Shown piece after piece: positions 18,851-27,362 of a DNA stretch of 64,000 nt (within the stretch, counting starts at the first letter, position 1; each line of letters begins with the position of its first letter). This DNA is from Paludibacteraceae bacterium. Lineage in GTDB: Bacteria; Bacteroidota; Bacteroidia; Bacteroidales; Paludibacteraceae. The translations under genes were made by a program, and so were the position numbers. The stretch lies in NCBI GenBank assembly GCA_017625155.1, contig JAGALP010000004.1:288414-352413 (forward strand). The letters are read 5' to 3'. The notes under the pieces were generated by a model that was not told the DNA's origin, did no database searches, and was given only the letters and a program-made list of their open reading frames with translations.

Positions 18851-19749
18851 AATACGCAAGAGAAGTGAAAGTGGGAGTGCTGGCAATAGTATGTGCTGGC
18901 ATCTTGTATTTTGGATTTAATTTTTTGAAGGGAGTGAATATCTTTTCGCCAACAGAGTGCTACTACGGCTATTTTGAACGTAGTAATGGACTCACAGAAC
19001 AAGCACCTGTGTATATCTTAGGTCACAAGGTGGGTCTAGTAGAAAGCATACAGTATGATTTCACACGTACACCTGCATTTGTTGTGGGGGTACATATCGA
19101 CAAAGGAATTGTGCTTCCTCGTGGTACACAAATGGCGTTGATTGCCGATGGTCTGCTGGGTGGTAGTGCCATTGAGTTGAAGTTGCCTGCACTCGCCAAT
19201 CGCGCTGTGCCTTATCAACAAGGTGATACATTGCCATCTATCGTGGTGCCAGGATTGGTGGATAACCTGCAAGCTGGTATCTTGGCGCATTTGGATAGTG
19301 TACTGATGCAAGCAAACGCATTGGTGGCTACGCTTAACAACGAGATGGAAGAGGGTAACCTAGCAGCTACTCTGAAGCATATTGAGCAAATTACAGCCGA
19401 CTTGGAGGTTAGCGGTAAGGATATTCGTCAGCTGACTCACCATCGTTTGCCAAGTATAATGGATAAGGTAGATACTACATTGACTGACTTGCAAGGCGTT
19501 GTATCGGATGTACGCGAGGCAGAGATTAAGCATACGATTGCCGAACTGAATCGCGTTATAGCTTCGGTGAACACAGCATTAGAGTCAGAAGAGGGAACAT
19601 TGGGTCTGTTGTTGAACGATAAAGCCCTATATGATAATCTTAATACGGCGCTGAAAGATTTGGATAGTGCGGTGCTGAATGTGGATTCGGTAGTAATGTC
19701 GATAAAAGCTCGTCCATTCATTCAGAAGAAATTGCCTAAAGGGAAGTAA
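18847..19749 (+). CDS. MlaD/MCE family protein
   Basis: N-terminal anchor MKYAREVKVGVLAIV.., MCE domain-like core, coiled C-terminal region; ATGA overlap with the amidase gene. Confidence 0.7.
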   Translation: MKYAREVKVGVLAIVCAGILYFGFNFLKGVNIFSPTECYYGYFERSNGLTEQAPVYILGHKVGLVESIQYDFTRTPAFVVGVHIDKGIVLPRGTQMALIADGLLGGSAIELKLPALANRAVPYQQGDTLPSIVVPGLVDNLQAGILAHLDSVLMQANALVATLNNEMEEGNLAATLKHIEQITADLEVSGKDIRQLTHHRLPSIMDKVDTTLTDLQGVVSDVREAEIKHTIAELNRVIASVNTALESEEGTLGLLLNDKALYDNLNTALKDLDSAVLNVDSVVMSIKARPFIQKKLPKGK

Positions 19750-19787
19750 TTTTTCGATTGTCTAATTTTTGATAAATGTTTAGAAAG

Positions 19788-19827
19788 TCCCTAATCGGCT
19801 GATAATAAAGCTGGTTAGGGATTTTTT
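19788..19827 (+). terminator. putative intrinsic terminator after mlaD
   Basis: TCCCTAA..TTAGGGA 7 bp stem (extendable with one mismatch) followed by T6. Confidence 0.45.
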
Positions 19828-20009
19828 GTGAAACAATTTTGTGGAACGTTATGAAATTTTAATATATGAATTTCAGTGAGTTACGCTTGATAGAATGCTT
19901 AACTTGGTGATAACCAAATGTGGAAACATAACTGACTGATTATTTGTAGAATAAAATTGAACTAAAAATGTTGTTTGAGGTGGCATTTGGTGGAATGAAA
20001 AAAAAGCAG

Positions 20010-20017
20010 TACCTTTG
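20010..20017 (+). promoter_or_regulatory. Bacteroidota -7 promoter box TACCTTTG (dnaA)
   Basis: 64 nt upstream of dnaA ATG 20081. Confidence 0.5.
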
Positions 20018-20080
20018 CACTCGATTTCGTGAAAAACGGATTCTTTTGGAGATCCGCTTGTTCGGATTTCTTCTCAATCA

Positions 20081-21445
20081 ATGACAAATGATGTGAACAT
20101 ATTGTGGGCTGATTGTCAGCAGATTTTGCGTGACAATTTATCGCAGAGCGCGTACCAAACATGGTTCGCTCCGATTGTTGCATTGCAATGGGAGAACGAT
20201 TTGTTGGTATTGCAAGTGAAGAGTCAGTTTGTGGTTGATTATATAGAAGATAATTATTTGGATATCCTCTCGCGCGTATTAAGAAAGGTATTTGGCGCAA
20301 AAGTACAATTGGAGTACCGCATTCTTATGGCTGGTGGCTCGATTGATATTCCAAGCGATAGTGCTAAGCAAACAACAGTACGCAGAACATTGGAATCATC
20401 CAATCCAACAGTCGTAGAGGAGTGGGAGTCGCAACTGAACTTACAGTATACGTTTGATAATTTTGTCAAAGGTGAACCGAATAAATTGGCTCGTGCAGCA
20501 GGCGTGGAGATTGCTAAACAACCGGGTAAGACTATTTTTAACCCATTGTTCTTATTTGGAGGTAGTGGAGTGGGTAAGACGCACCTGGCTAACGCAATCG
20601 GTAATTATGTGGCACAACATTTTGATAATGCTCGCGTGCTATATGTGACAGCTAATACGTTCAAATTGCAGTTTCAAGATGCAGTGAACCACAATCGCGT
20701 GCCAGACTTCTTGATGTTCTATCAGTCGGTGGATGTGCTGATTGTAGATGACATACAATATTTCTCTGATTTAAAAGGAACACAAGATACGTTTTTCCAG
20801 ATATTCAACTACTTGCAGCAGAGTCACAAACAACTGATTTTGACCTCAGACCGTAGTCCAATGGAGTTGCGTGGTGTACAAGAGCGTTTGTTGTCGCGCT
20901 TCAAATGGGGTTTAGCAGCTGAGATTACTCGTCCAGATTATCAGTTGCGCAAGGATATTCTAGCATTCCATATCAAGAAGAATGGTATCAAACTGAGCGA
21001 TGAGATTATAGATTATATCGCCAATAATGTGACGGATAATGTGCGTGATTTGGAGGGTGTATTGGCAAGTTTGTTGGCATATTCTACCTTGACAGATAGT
21101 GCGATAGATATGGCACTGACGCAGAAAGTGGTAGGTCGTTTGGTGGAGTTGAATCCTCGTACCTATGTGCCATCGGATATTATTACTGCTGTATGTCAAC
21201 ATCTCAATATCCCAGAAAAGGCGATTTCCGCGCGTACACGTCAGCGTGATGCCGTTCGTGCACGCAGTATTGTGATGTATCTTATCAAGAAATATACCGA
21301 GAGTTCGCTCGCGGAGATAGGAGCATATGTGCATCGCGACCATGCCACCGTGGCATATTCTCTCAATGCAATAACCAATCATATGAGCTATGATGCTGTC
21401 TTAAGGCAAGATGTAGCCATGATTGAGCGTGCGTTGGGTCGATAG
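20081..21445 (+). CDS. dnaA: chromosomal replication initiator protein DnaA
   Basis: AAA+ core ..FLFGGSGVGKTHL.., ..VLIVDDIQ.., and C-terminal DNA-binding domain ..HATVAYS... Confidence 0.97.
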   Translation: MTNDVNILWADCQQILRDNLSQSAYQTWFAPIVALQWENDLLVLQVKSQFVVDYIEDNYLDILSRVLRKVFGAKVQLEYRILMAGGSIDIPSDSAKQTTVRRTLESSNPTVVEEWESQLNLQYTFDNFVKGEPNKLARAAGVEIAKQPGKTIFNPLFLFGGSGVGKTHLANAIGNYVAQHFDNARVLYVTANTFKLQFQDAVNHNRVPDFLMFYQSVDVLIVDDIQYFSDLKGTQDTFFQIFNYLQQSHKQLILTSDRSPMELRGVQERLLSRFKWGLAAEITRPDYQLRKDILAFHIKKNGIKLSDEIIDYIANNVTDNVRDLEGVLASLLAYSTLTDSAIDMALTQKVVGRLVELNPRTYVPSDIITAVCQHLNIPEKAISARTRQRDAVRARSIVMYLIKKYTESSLAEIGAYVHRDHATVAYSLNAITNHMSYDAVLRQDVAMIERALGR

Positions 21446-21468
21446 TAGGACCTTAAATCCATTTCGTT

Positions 21469-22326
21469 ATGAATCAGCAATATCACGAGTTAAAAGTGAA
21501 GGATGGGGTATATATTCCTCAACCTGCATTGGATTACCCTCAAACTAATCCGTTTGAACGAACATTGTTTCCAAAATACACCAAAGAGCTAGCTATTGAT
21601 GAGCATTTCCCATACTTGGATGATAGTTTGGGATACAAACTGAACTTGCTATGGGGATATTATTTGGTGATTCATGTGCTGTTGCGTCTAAAATTGCGCA
21701 TACAAATGGGTCTGCGTATTCGTGGGCGTGAGATGCTGAAGAAATACAAAAAAGAGTTATCGCAAGGTGCGATTACGATTGCTAATCACGTATATCGTTT
21801 GGATTGTCCATGTGTGCTACTCGCTGTGAAAGGGGTGCATACCACGCGCATACCTATGTTTGCGCCCAATTTCCGTACAAAGGATGGATTTTTTATGCGT
21901 TTGGCAGGTGGAGTACCTATTCCAGATTCAACTACTAACATGACTGCATTGAAGAAATTTAATGAAGCCTTTGATGAGTTTCATCGTCGTGGTTGGTGGT
22001 TTCATATATTCCCTGAAGCATGTAGATGGGATATGTATAAACCATTACGTCCGTTCCAGAAAGGTGCTTTTACGATGAGTTATAAGTATTGCAAACCGCT
22101 GTTGCCATGCGTCATCACATACCGCGAGCGCAAAGGTATCTTCCGCCTATTCGGACCAAAGGAATTGCCATTGCTGACAGTGACCATAGGCGAACCGATA
22201 TTTCCAGATGTTACCCAACCACGTAAAGTGGAAGTGGAACGTTTGCGCGAGGTGGCACATGCACAGATGGTAGAGATGGCAGGTATCACGCACAATCCAT
22301 GGCCTGCATCGTGGGAAGGACAATGA
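21469..22326 (+). CDS. lysophospholipid (1-acyl-sn-glycerol-3-phosphate) acyltransferase family protein
   Basis: HX4D-like NHVYRLD and IFPEA motifs of the LPLAT family. Confidence 0.65.
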   Translation: MNQQYHELKVKDGVYIPQPALDYPQTNPFERTLFPKYTKELAIDEHFPYLDDSLGYKLNLLWGYYLVIHVLLRLKLRIQMGLRIRGREMLKKYKKELSQGAITIANHVYRLDCPCVLLAVKGVHTTRIPMFAPNFRTKDGFFMRLAGGVPIPDSTTNMTALKKFNEAFDEFHRRGWWFHIFPEACRWDMYKPLRPFQKGAFTMSYKYCKPLLPCVITYRERKGIFRLFGPKELPLLTVTIGEPIFPDVTQPRKVEVERLREVAHAQMVEMAGITHNPWPASWEGQ

Positions 22327-22330
22327 TAAG

Positions 22331-22361
22331 AAAATAGGAAGAGCATGCCTCTTCCTATTTT
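22331..22361. terminator. bidirectional hairpin between convergent genes
   Basis: AAAATAGGAAGAG-CATGC-CTCTTCCTATTTT, a perfect 13 bp stem flanked by A/T runs. Confidence 0.7.
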
Positions 22362-22392
22362 CTTTTGTAAGGTATTATGGCTCAACGCATTG

Positions 22393-23802
22393 TTAGACCA
22401 TTTTTTTTATTAGTTTGAATAATTTATACGGCATGTAGCGGAAAGGCATGTCGATAAAGGTTGGGGTAGAGACTACCGATCGGCGATGAGAGAAAGCCAG
22501 GAAACTATCCTTGCCGTGATATGATCCCATACCCGAATTGCCTACACCGCCAAAGGGCACGTCGTGATTCACTATATGCATAATCACATCATTCACACAA
22601 GCACCGCCTGAAGATGTGTGGCGCAATACATAATCGCCATTGGTGCCGAAATAATACAATGCCAATGGCTTCTCACGGTCGGTAACAAAAGTGATAACTT
22701 CATCTATCTCCTTGAATGTCAGCACGGGGAAGATTGGACCGAAAATCTCCTCTTGCATGACAGGGGCGTCTGGACTGACATCCGTCAAGATTGTTGGACT
22801 CATATAACGTTCGGCGCGGTCATAGTGACCGCCGTAATAGATGGACGCTTCGCTATGGGACGGCGTTCCGCCTATTGGACGCCCTGAAGGGCTATTGGAT
22901 ATAGGCAAGTAACTAATCAAACGCTCCAATGCTTTGTCGCTGACGATACGCACGAAGTGTTTTGCCTTTTGTGGGTCTTTAGTTAGTAGGTGTTTCCACT
23001 CTTTGACAAGCAGTTTGAGGAACTTATCTTTTACGTCCTCATGAATCATCAGATAATCAGGTGCAATACATGTTTGTCCTGCGTTGAGGGCTTTGCCCCA
23101 TGCTACGCGTTTGGCTGCTACTTTGAGGTCGGCGGACTTGTCAATGATACATGGGCTCTTGCCACCCAACTCCAGCACAACGGGAGTGAGGTGCTTCGAG
23201 GCTGCTTCCATGACCATCTTTCCTAGCGAAGGGCTGCCTGTGAAGAATATTAAGTCCCATCGCTCAGCAAGCAGCATTTGATTAACCTGACGGTTACCCT
23301 CAACAATAGCGATATACTCCTCGGGGAAAGTGGCGCGAATCATCTCGGTGAGTACACGAGAGACGTTGGGCACATATGGTGAGGGTTTGAGCATGGCTGT
23401 ACAACCAGCAGAGATGGCACCTACCAATGGATTAAGGAGCAGCTGAACAGGGTAGTTCCATGGGGCAATGATGAGCGTATTGCCAAGCGGCTCTTTGATA
23501 ACCTTGCTGGTAGCAGGCATAATCGCAATAGGCGAACATTTGCGTTCGGGGCGCGCCCAACGGCGCATATGCTTGAGGTGATTGCGAATCTCACCATAGA
23601 CAATGCTCAGTTCGGTGAGGTATGCCTCCTCGTAGGACTTGTGAAGGTCGGTCCAAAGGGCTTCAGCGAGTGGCTTCTCATATTGGTGCATGGCGTCGGA
23701 TAACTTGCGTAGCATTTGTTTGCGGAAAGGTAGCGCAAGGGTAGCGCCAGAGCGGAAATACGCTTGTTGCTTGCTGTGGGTCGTGGAAATGTAGTTTTGC
23801 AT
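22393..23802 (-). CDS. NAD(P)-dependent aldehyde dehydrogenase (ALDH3-like)
   Basis: ..ELGGKSP.. and ..GQTCIAPDY.. catalytic Glu/Cys motifs; 469 aa with an extra ~20 aa loop. Confidence 0.9.
   Translation of the reverse strand: MQNYISTTHSKQQAYFRSGATLALPFRKQMLRKLSDAMHQYEKPLAEALWTDLHKSYEEAYLTELSIVYGEIRNHLKHMRRWARPERKCSPIAIMPATSKVIKEPLGNTLIIAPWNYPVQLLLNPLVGAISAGCTAMLKPSPYVPNVSRVLTEMIRATFPEEYIAIVEGNRQVNQMLLAERWDLIFFTGSPSLGKMVMEAASKHLTPVVLELGGKSPCIIDKSADLKVAAKRVAWGKALNAGQTCIAPDYLMIHEDVKDKFLKLLVKEWKHLLTKDPQKAKHFVRIVSDKALERLISYLPISNSPSGRPIGGTPSHSEASIYYGGHYDRAERYMSPTILTDVSPDAPVMQEEIFGPIFPVLTFKEIDEVITFVTDREKPLALYYFGTNGDYVLRHTSSGGACVNDVIMHIVNHDVPFGGVGNSGMGSYHGKDSFLAFSHRRSVVSTPTFIDMPFRYMPYKLFKLIKKMV
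22840..22909 (-). repeat. in-frame short-repeat insertion (CCAATAGC family) inside the ALDH gene
   Basis: Coding strand: TTG CCT ATA TCC AAT AGC CCT TCA GGG CGT CCA ATA GGC GGA ACG CCG TCC CAT AGC GAA GCG TCC ATC. The 17-mer ATAGCGAAGCGTCCATC is identical to iorA 33279-33295, in the same reading frame. Confidence 0.7.
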
Positions 23803-23849
23803 ATTGATTTAATGAGGATAATCTGATAGTTTTCTCTTAGTAAAGTCTG

Positions 23850-23893
23850 CTGTCGTTGCCGTCTCGTTGCCGTCTCGTTGCCGTGTTTGTCTC
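23850..23893. repeat. 11 bp tandem array (GTCTCGTTGCC; 2 perfect + 2 degenerate units) followed by a small hairpin
   Basis: Perfect units at 23861-23871 and 23872-23882; hairpin TGTCTC-GAAA-GAGACA at 23888-23903. Confidence 0.85.
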
Positions 23894-23930
23894 GAAAGAG
23901 ACAGGCAAAATACAGCGGAAATATGGGTAA

Positions 23931-24734
23931 TTATTTACGACCAGTAAAGTGGTCCATTGTACGATAGATGCCAAAAACTGTGCCAAAGAGCCAGTCGAAT
24001 ACGCGCAATGGCAGAATAGCTTGCCAGAAACGTATGAAATGATAGCCAAAAGGTATGCCTGCAAAGATGGTATTGCGTTCGATGGCACGGATAATCTTCT
24101 TTGCCGTTGGTTCGGGCTTGAGGATAGGGAAGATAGAGCGCACACCTTGGAACATGCCCGTGCTGATGAAGTAAGGTGCGACGGTAGTGACATGTACGTT
24201 GGCTTTGCGTTGCTGTAGTTCGATGCGCATGCTCTCGCTCCAACCGATTACTGCCCATTTGCTAGCACCATAGACCGACATTTTGGGATTACCTAACATG
24301 CCTCCTGCCGAAGCAATATTGCAGATATGTCCGCGATTGCGCTTGAGCATATCGGGCAATACTTGCAAGGTGAGCACCATGGGTGCGACAGTATTGACGT
24401 CCATCGTGAGGCGGATATCCTGGATAGTTTGATGGTCAAACGTATTGTTACCGCGAACAATACCTGCGCAGTTGATGAGGATGTCCACATTGCCACATTC
24501 TTCTTTCACACGCTGGTAAGCAGCAATGACCGCATCGCTATCTGCCACATTCACGGCATAGGTAAAGACCGTGCCTAAAGTGGCAAACTCGGCTTTGGTG
24601 GACTCAAGGTTATCTGGATTGATATCCCATATAATCAGTGATTTCGCGCCTTTCTCCAGAGCAAGACGTCCCATTATTTTTCCTATTCCTGATGCACCTC
24701 CCGTGATCAGTATATTTGTATTCTTGATTTTCAT
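23931..24734 (-). CDS. SDR family oxidoreductase
   Basis: MKIKNTNILITGGASGIGK.. cofactor motif and YGASK catalytic motif. The ORF-track N-terminal extension to 24896 runs through promoter DNA. Confidence 0.8.
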   Translation of the reverse strand: MKIKNTNILITGGASGIGKIMGRLALEKGAKSLIIWDINPDNLESTKAEFATLGTVFTYAVNVADSDAVIAAYQRVKEECGNVDILINCAGIVRGNNTFDHQTIQDIRLTMDVNTVAPMVLTLQVLPDMLKRNRGHICNIASAGGMLGNPKMSVYGASKWAVIGWSESMRIELQQRKANVHVTTVAPYFISTGMFQGVRSIFPILKPEPTAKKIIRAIERNTIFAGIPFGYHFIRFWQAILPLRVFDWLFGTVFGIYRTMDHFTGRK

Positions 24735-24785
24735 ATTAAAATAGTTTTTATTAATATTACTACAATTTCTGTACCAAATCGGCGA

Positions 24786-24793
24786 CAAAGGTA
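24786..24793 (-). promoter_or_regulatory. Bacteroidota -7 promoter box TACCTTTG
   Basis: 52 nt upstream of the SDR ATG at 24734. Confidence 0.5.
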
Positions 24794-24802
24794 GTGCATT
24801 AT

Positions 24803-24822
24803 TTTCGAACAAACGTTCAGTT
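24803..24822. promoter_or_regulatory. candidate TetR operator (GAAC-N4-GTTC palindrome)
   Basis: TTTTCGAACAAACGTTCAGTT lies between the divergent -7 boxes of the SDR and tetR genes. Confidence 0.45.
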
Positions 24823-24859
24823 TTTTGCAAAAAAATTTGCGAGTATAAAATATTTTTAA

Positions 24860-24867
24860 TACCTTTG
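24860..24867 (+). promoter_or_regulatory. Bacteroidota -7 promoter box TACCTTTG
   Basis: 31 nt upstream of tetR ATG 24898. Confidence 0.5.
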
Positions 24868-24897
24868 CAGCCGAAAAAGCATAAAATCGAATGCATT

Positions 24898-25500
24898 ATG
24901 GTAGAAGATAGACGAGAAAAAATACTGCTGAAAGCAATCGAATTGTATATGACAGAGGGCTATGCCAATGTGTCAATTACAGACTTGCAAGCAGCATTGA
25001 ACATGGGGCGTGGTACGTTGTATTACTATTTTAAGGATAAAGAGGAACTATTTCAAGAAGCTGTGAGCATGTATCTTATCCAACCTAAACAACGTGCCTT
25101 GAATAAGGTGAAGGACACCGATGCTATTCCTGAGATGATTGAGGCAATGTTGTACTATATCAATCAGTTGCAAGAGATATACAATCAAGTAGAGAATAAA
25201 AACATCAATATTTCCAATGTGGTGACGGTGATGTACACGGCTTATAGTCGATTTCCCGAACTGCACAAGAAAGCGCGTAAATTGTACGAACACGAATTGA
25301 GTCTTTGGGTACAAGCTATTAAAAATAGTATGCGCGCAGGCGCGATACGCGGAGATGTACCTATCGAAACAACGGCACTGATGTTTTTGCATATCAAAGA
25401 CGGTTGGGACCCAGGTCGAACAAGTGTACCAATCAATTTTGATATTTTTCCACAGCAGTATAACTACTTATATGAATTGATTAAGAAGCAAAATTCTTAA
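24898..25500 (+). CDS. TetR/AcrR family transcriptional regulator
   Basis: N-terminal HTH ..ILLKAIELYMTEGYANVSITDLQAALNMGRGTLYYYF... Confidence 0.8.
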   Translation: MVEDRREKILLKAIELYMTEGYANVSITDLQAALNMGRGTLYYYFKDKEELFQEAVSMYLIQPKQRALNKVKDTDAIPEMIEAMLYYINQLQEIYNQVENKNINISNVVTVMYTAYSRFPELHKKARKLYEHELSLWVQAIKNSMRAGAIRGDVPIETTALMFLHIKDGWDPGRTSVPINFDIFPQQYNYLYELIKKQNS

Positions 25501-25561
25501 AAATATTTGCATATTTCAAAAAAAACGCTAATTTTGCAAAAAATGTTATAAAACACATTCT

Positions 25562-25581
25562 TTTTGAACAGGCGTTCGAAA
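25562..25581. promoter_or_regulatory. second copy of candidate TetR operator (GAAC-N4-GTTC)
   Basis: TTTTGAACAGGCGTTCGAAA, 14 nt upstream of the -7 box at 25591. Confidence 0.45.
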
Positions 25582-25590
25582 AATATGTTG

Positions 25591-25598
25591 TACCTTTG
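25591..25598 (+). promoter_or_regulatory. Bacteroidota -7 promoter box TACCTTTG
   Basis: 30 nt upstream of ATG 25628. Confidence 0.5.
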
Positions 25599-25627
25599 CA
25601 GCCGATAATTCATAAAATACACATAAT

Positions 25628-27280
25628 ATGGAATTAAAACATTATTTGGAGTATCTCCAAAACACGATTGTCAACAAGTGGGACATGTTGGCAATGAAGG
25701 ATTTAGATGGTAATACATCGTATACATATGGTGAAGTGGCGAACGAAATAGCTCGTTTGCACACTACTTTCCGCGAACTGGGTCTTAAGGAAGGCGATAA
25801 GATTGCACTTTGCGGTCGCAACTGCGCTAATTGGGGTTTAACATTCTTGGCTATTGAGACTTACAAGGCAGTTGCTGTAAGTATTCTGCCAGACTTTACT
25901 GCTGAAGGCGTGCATGCATTGGTTAACCACTCTGAGGCAAAGTTGCTATATGTAGGACCTAATGTGTTGAAGAAGATTGACGCCAAGGAGATGCCAGGCT
26001 TGACTGCGATGGTGTTTATGGATGATTTCTCGTTGAAACATGCGGCATCCGAAGAGGTGGAGAAGAAGTATGCTGCTGTGGATGAGGTATTTAAGAAAGA
26101 ATGGCCAGAAGGCGTGAAAGCAGCAGATGTAAAATATCCTACTGATAATATTGATGAGTTGGCATTAATCAACTATACATCGGGCTCAACAGGTAATCCT
26201 AAGGGCGTGATGATTAGCCATAAGAACTTGAGTGGAAATATCTACTTTGCTGTGAAACGTATTCCTCACCAAGCAGGTGATAAAGTGCTGAGTATGTTGC
26301 CTATCGCGCATATGTTTGGTTTGATGTTTGAGTTCTTGTACCAAGTATGCGATGGCGCAGAGGTGTATTTCTTGACCAAAGCTCCAACTCCATCGGTGTT
26401 GATGCGCGCATTTGCACAAGTGCATCCATTTATGATTTTGACTGTACCTTTGGTTATTGAGAAGATTATCAAGGGTAAAGTGTTGCCTGTAATCAATAAA
26501 CCATTGATGAAAGTACTTTGGAAAACGCCAGGTATCAACAAACTATTGCATAAGAAAGTGGGCAATACGTTGCTGCAAGCCTTCGGTGGTAAGTTGCGTT
26601 TCTTGATTATTGGTGGTGCAGCACTCAACGAGGAAGTGGAGAAATGTATGCATGATATGCACTTCATGTATTGCGTAGGTTATGGTATGACCGAGTGCGC
26701 TCCGCTTATCACTTACGAAGATTGGTACAAGTATGTATATCGCTCATGCGGTAAAGGTATTGTGGGCATGGAAATGCGTATTGATTCGGAAGATCCTGCT
26801 ACCAAAGAGGGTGAGTTGCAAGTACGCGGCGTGAACGTGATGATGGGTTACTATAAGAACGAAGAAGCCACTAAAGAAGCGTTTACCGAAGATGGTTGGA
26901 TGCGTACGGGTGACCTAGGTATCATTGATAAAGAGGGTAACCTCTTCCTTCGCGGTCGTAGCAAGAATATGTTGCTTGGTCCTAGTGGACAGAATATCTA
27001 TCCTGAGGAGATTGAGGACAAACTCAATAGTTTGCCATTCGTACTAGAGTCAGTGGTAGTGCAACGCGACCAAAAATTGGTAGCATTGGTTTATCCAGAC
27101 AACTCAGAGGCTGCTAAAAAGCAATTGGCTGGCAAAAACATCTTTGAGGTGATGGATAGCAATCGTCAGGAGCTTAATAAGCAATTGCCTCAGTATAGCC
27201 AAGTGACTGCTATTGAGGTGGTAGAGAAAGAGTTCGAGAAGACTCCAAAGCGTAGTATCAAACGATTCATGTATAGCTAA
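25628..27280 (+). CDS. long-chain fatty acid-CoA ligase (AMP-binding enzyme)
   Basis: YTSGSTGNPKGVM AMP-binding motif, ..GYGMTE.. and ..TGDLG.. motifs. Confidence 0.85.
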   Translation: MELKHYLEYLQNTIVNKWDMLAMKDLDGNTSYTYGEVANEIARLHTTFRELGLKEGDKIALCGRNCANWGLTFLAIETYKAVAVSILPDFTAEGVHALVNHSEAKLLYVGPNVLKKIDAKEMPGLTAMVFMDDFSLKHAASEEVEKKYAAVDEVFKKEWPEGVKAADVKYPTDNIDELALINYTSGSTGNPKGVMISHKNLSGNIYFAVKRIPHQAGDKVLSMLPIAHMFGLMFEFLYQVCDGAEVYFLTKAPTPSVLMRAFAQVHPFMILTVPLVIEKIIKGKVLPVINKPLMKVLWKTPGINKLLHKKVGNTLLQAFGGKLRFLIIGGAALNEEVEKCMHDMHFMYCVGYGMTECAPLITYEDWYKYVYRSCGKGIVGMEMRIDSEDPATKEGELQVRGVNVMMGYYKNEEATKEAFTEDGWMRTGDLGIIDKEGNLFLRGRSKNMLLGPSGQNIYPEEIEDKLNSLPFVLESVVVQRDQKLVALVYPDNSEAAKKQLAGKNIFEVMDSNRQELNKQLPQYSQVTAIEVVEKEFEKTPKRSIKRFMYS

Positions 27281-27315
27281 GATGATAAATTGCTGCGATG
27301 CAGAATAATCAAAAA

Positions 27316-27349
27316 TGCGCATACCGTTTGTGTATGTGCATTTTTTTTT
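27316..27349 (+). terminator. intrinsic terminator after the acyl-CoA ligase gene
   Basis: TGCGCATAC..GTATGTGCA stem (1 mismatch) followed by T9. Confidence 0.6.
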
Positions 27350-27350
27350 G

Positions 27351-27358
27351 TACCTTTG
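27351..27358 (+). promoter_or_regulatory. Bacteroidota -7 promoter box TACCTTTG
   Basis: 5 nt upstream of ATG 27363, which implies a leaderless or very short leader mRNA. Confidence 0.45.
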
Positions 27359-27362
27359 TGCC

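Noticed and set aside
19750-20080. oriC with a DnaA-box cluster upstream of dnaA
   Set aside because: Only two weak TGTGGAA(A/C) half-matches (~19840 and ~19920) to TGTGGATAA are present, along with AT-rich DNA. There is no convincing cluster of consensus boxes, so the origin cannot be called from this window.
23931-24896. Long N-terminal extensions in the ORF track (23931-24896, 9874-, 27315-, 62249-, 11460-, 12476-, 49017, 38423)
   Set aside because: The extensions run through TAnnTTTG promoter boxes, terminator hairpins or the preceding gene. In each case an internal Met directly precedes the recognisable family N-terminus, so the shorter starts were used.
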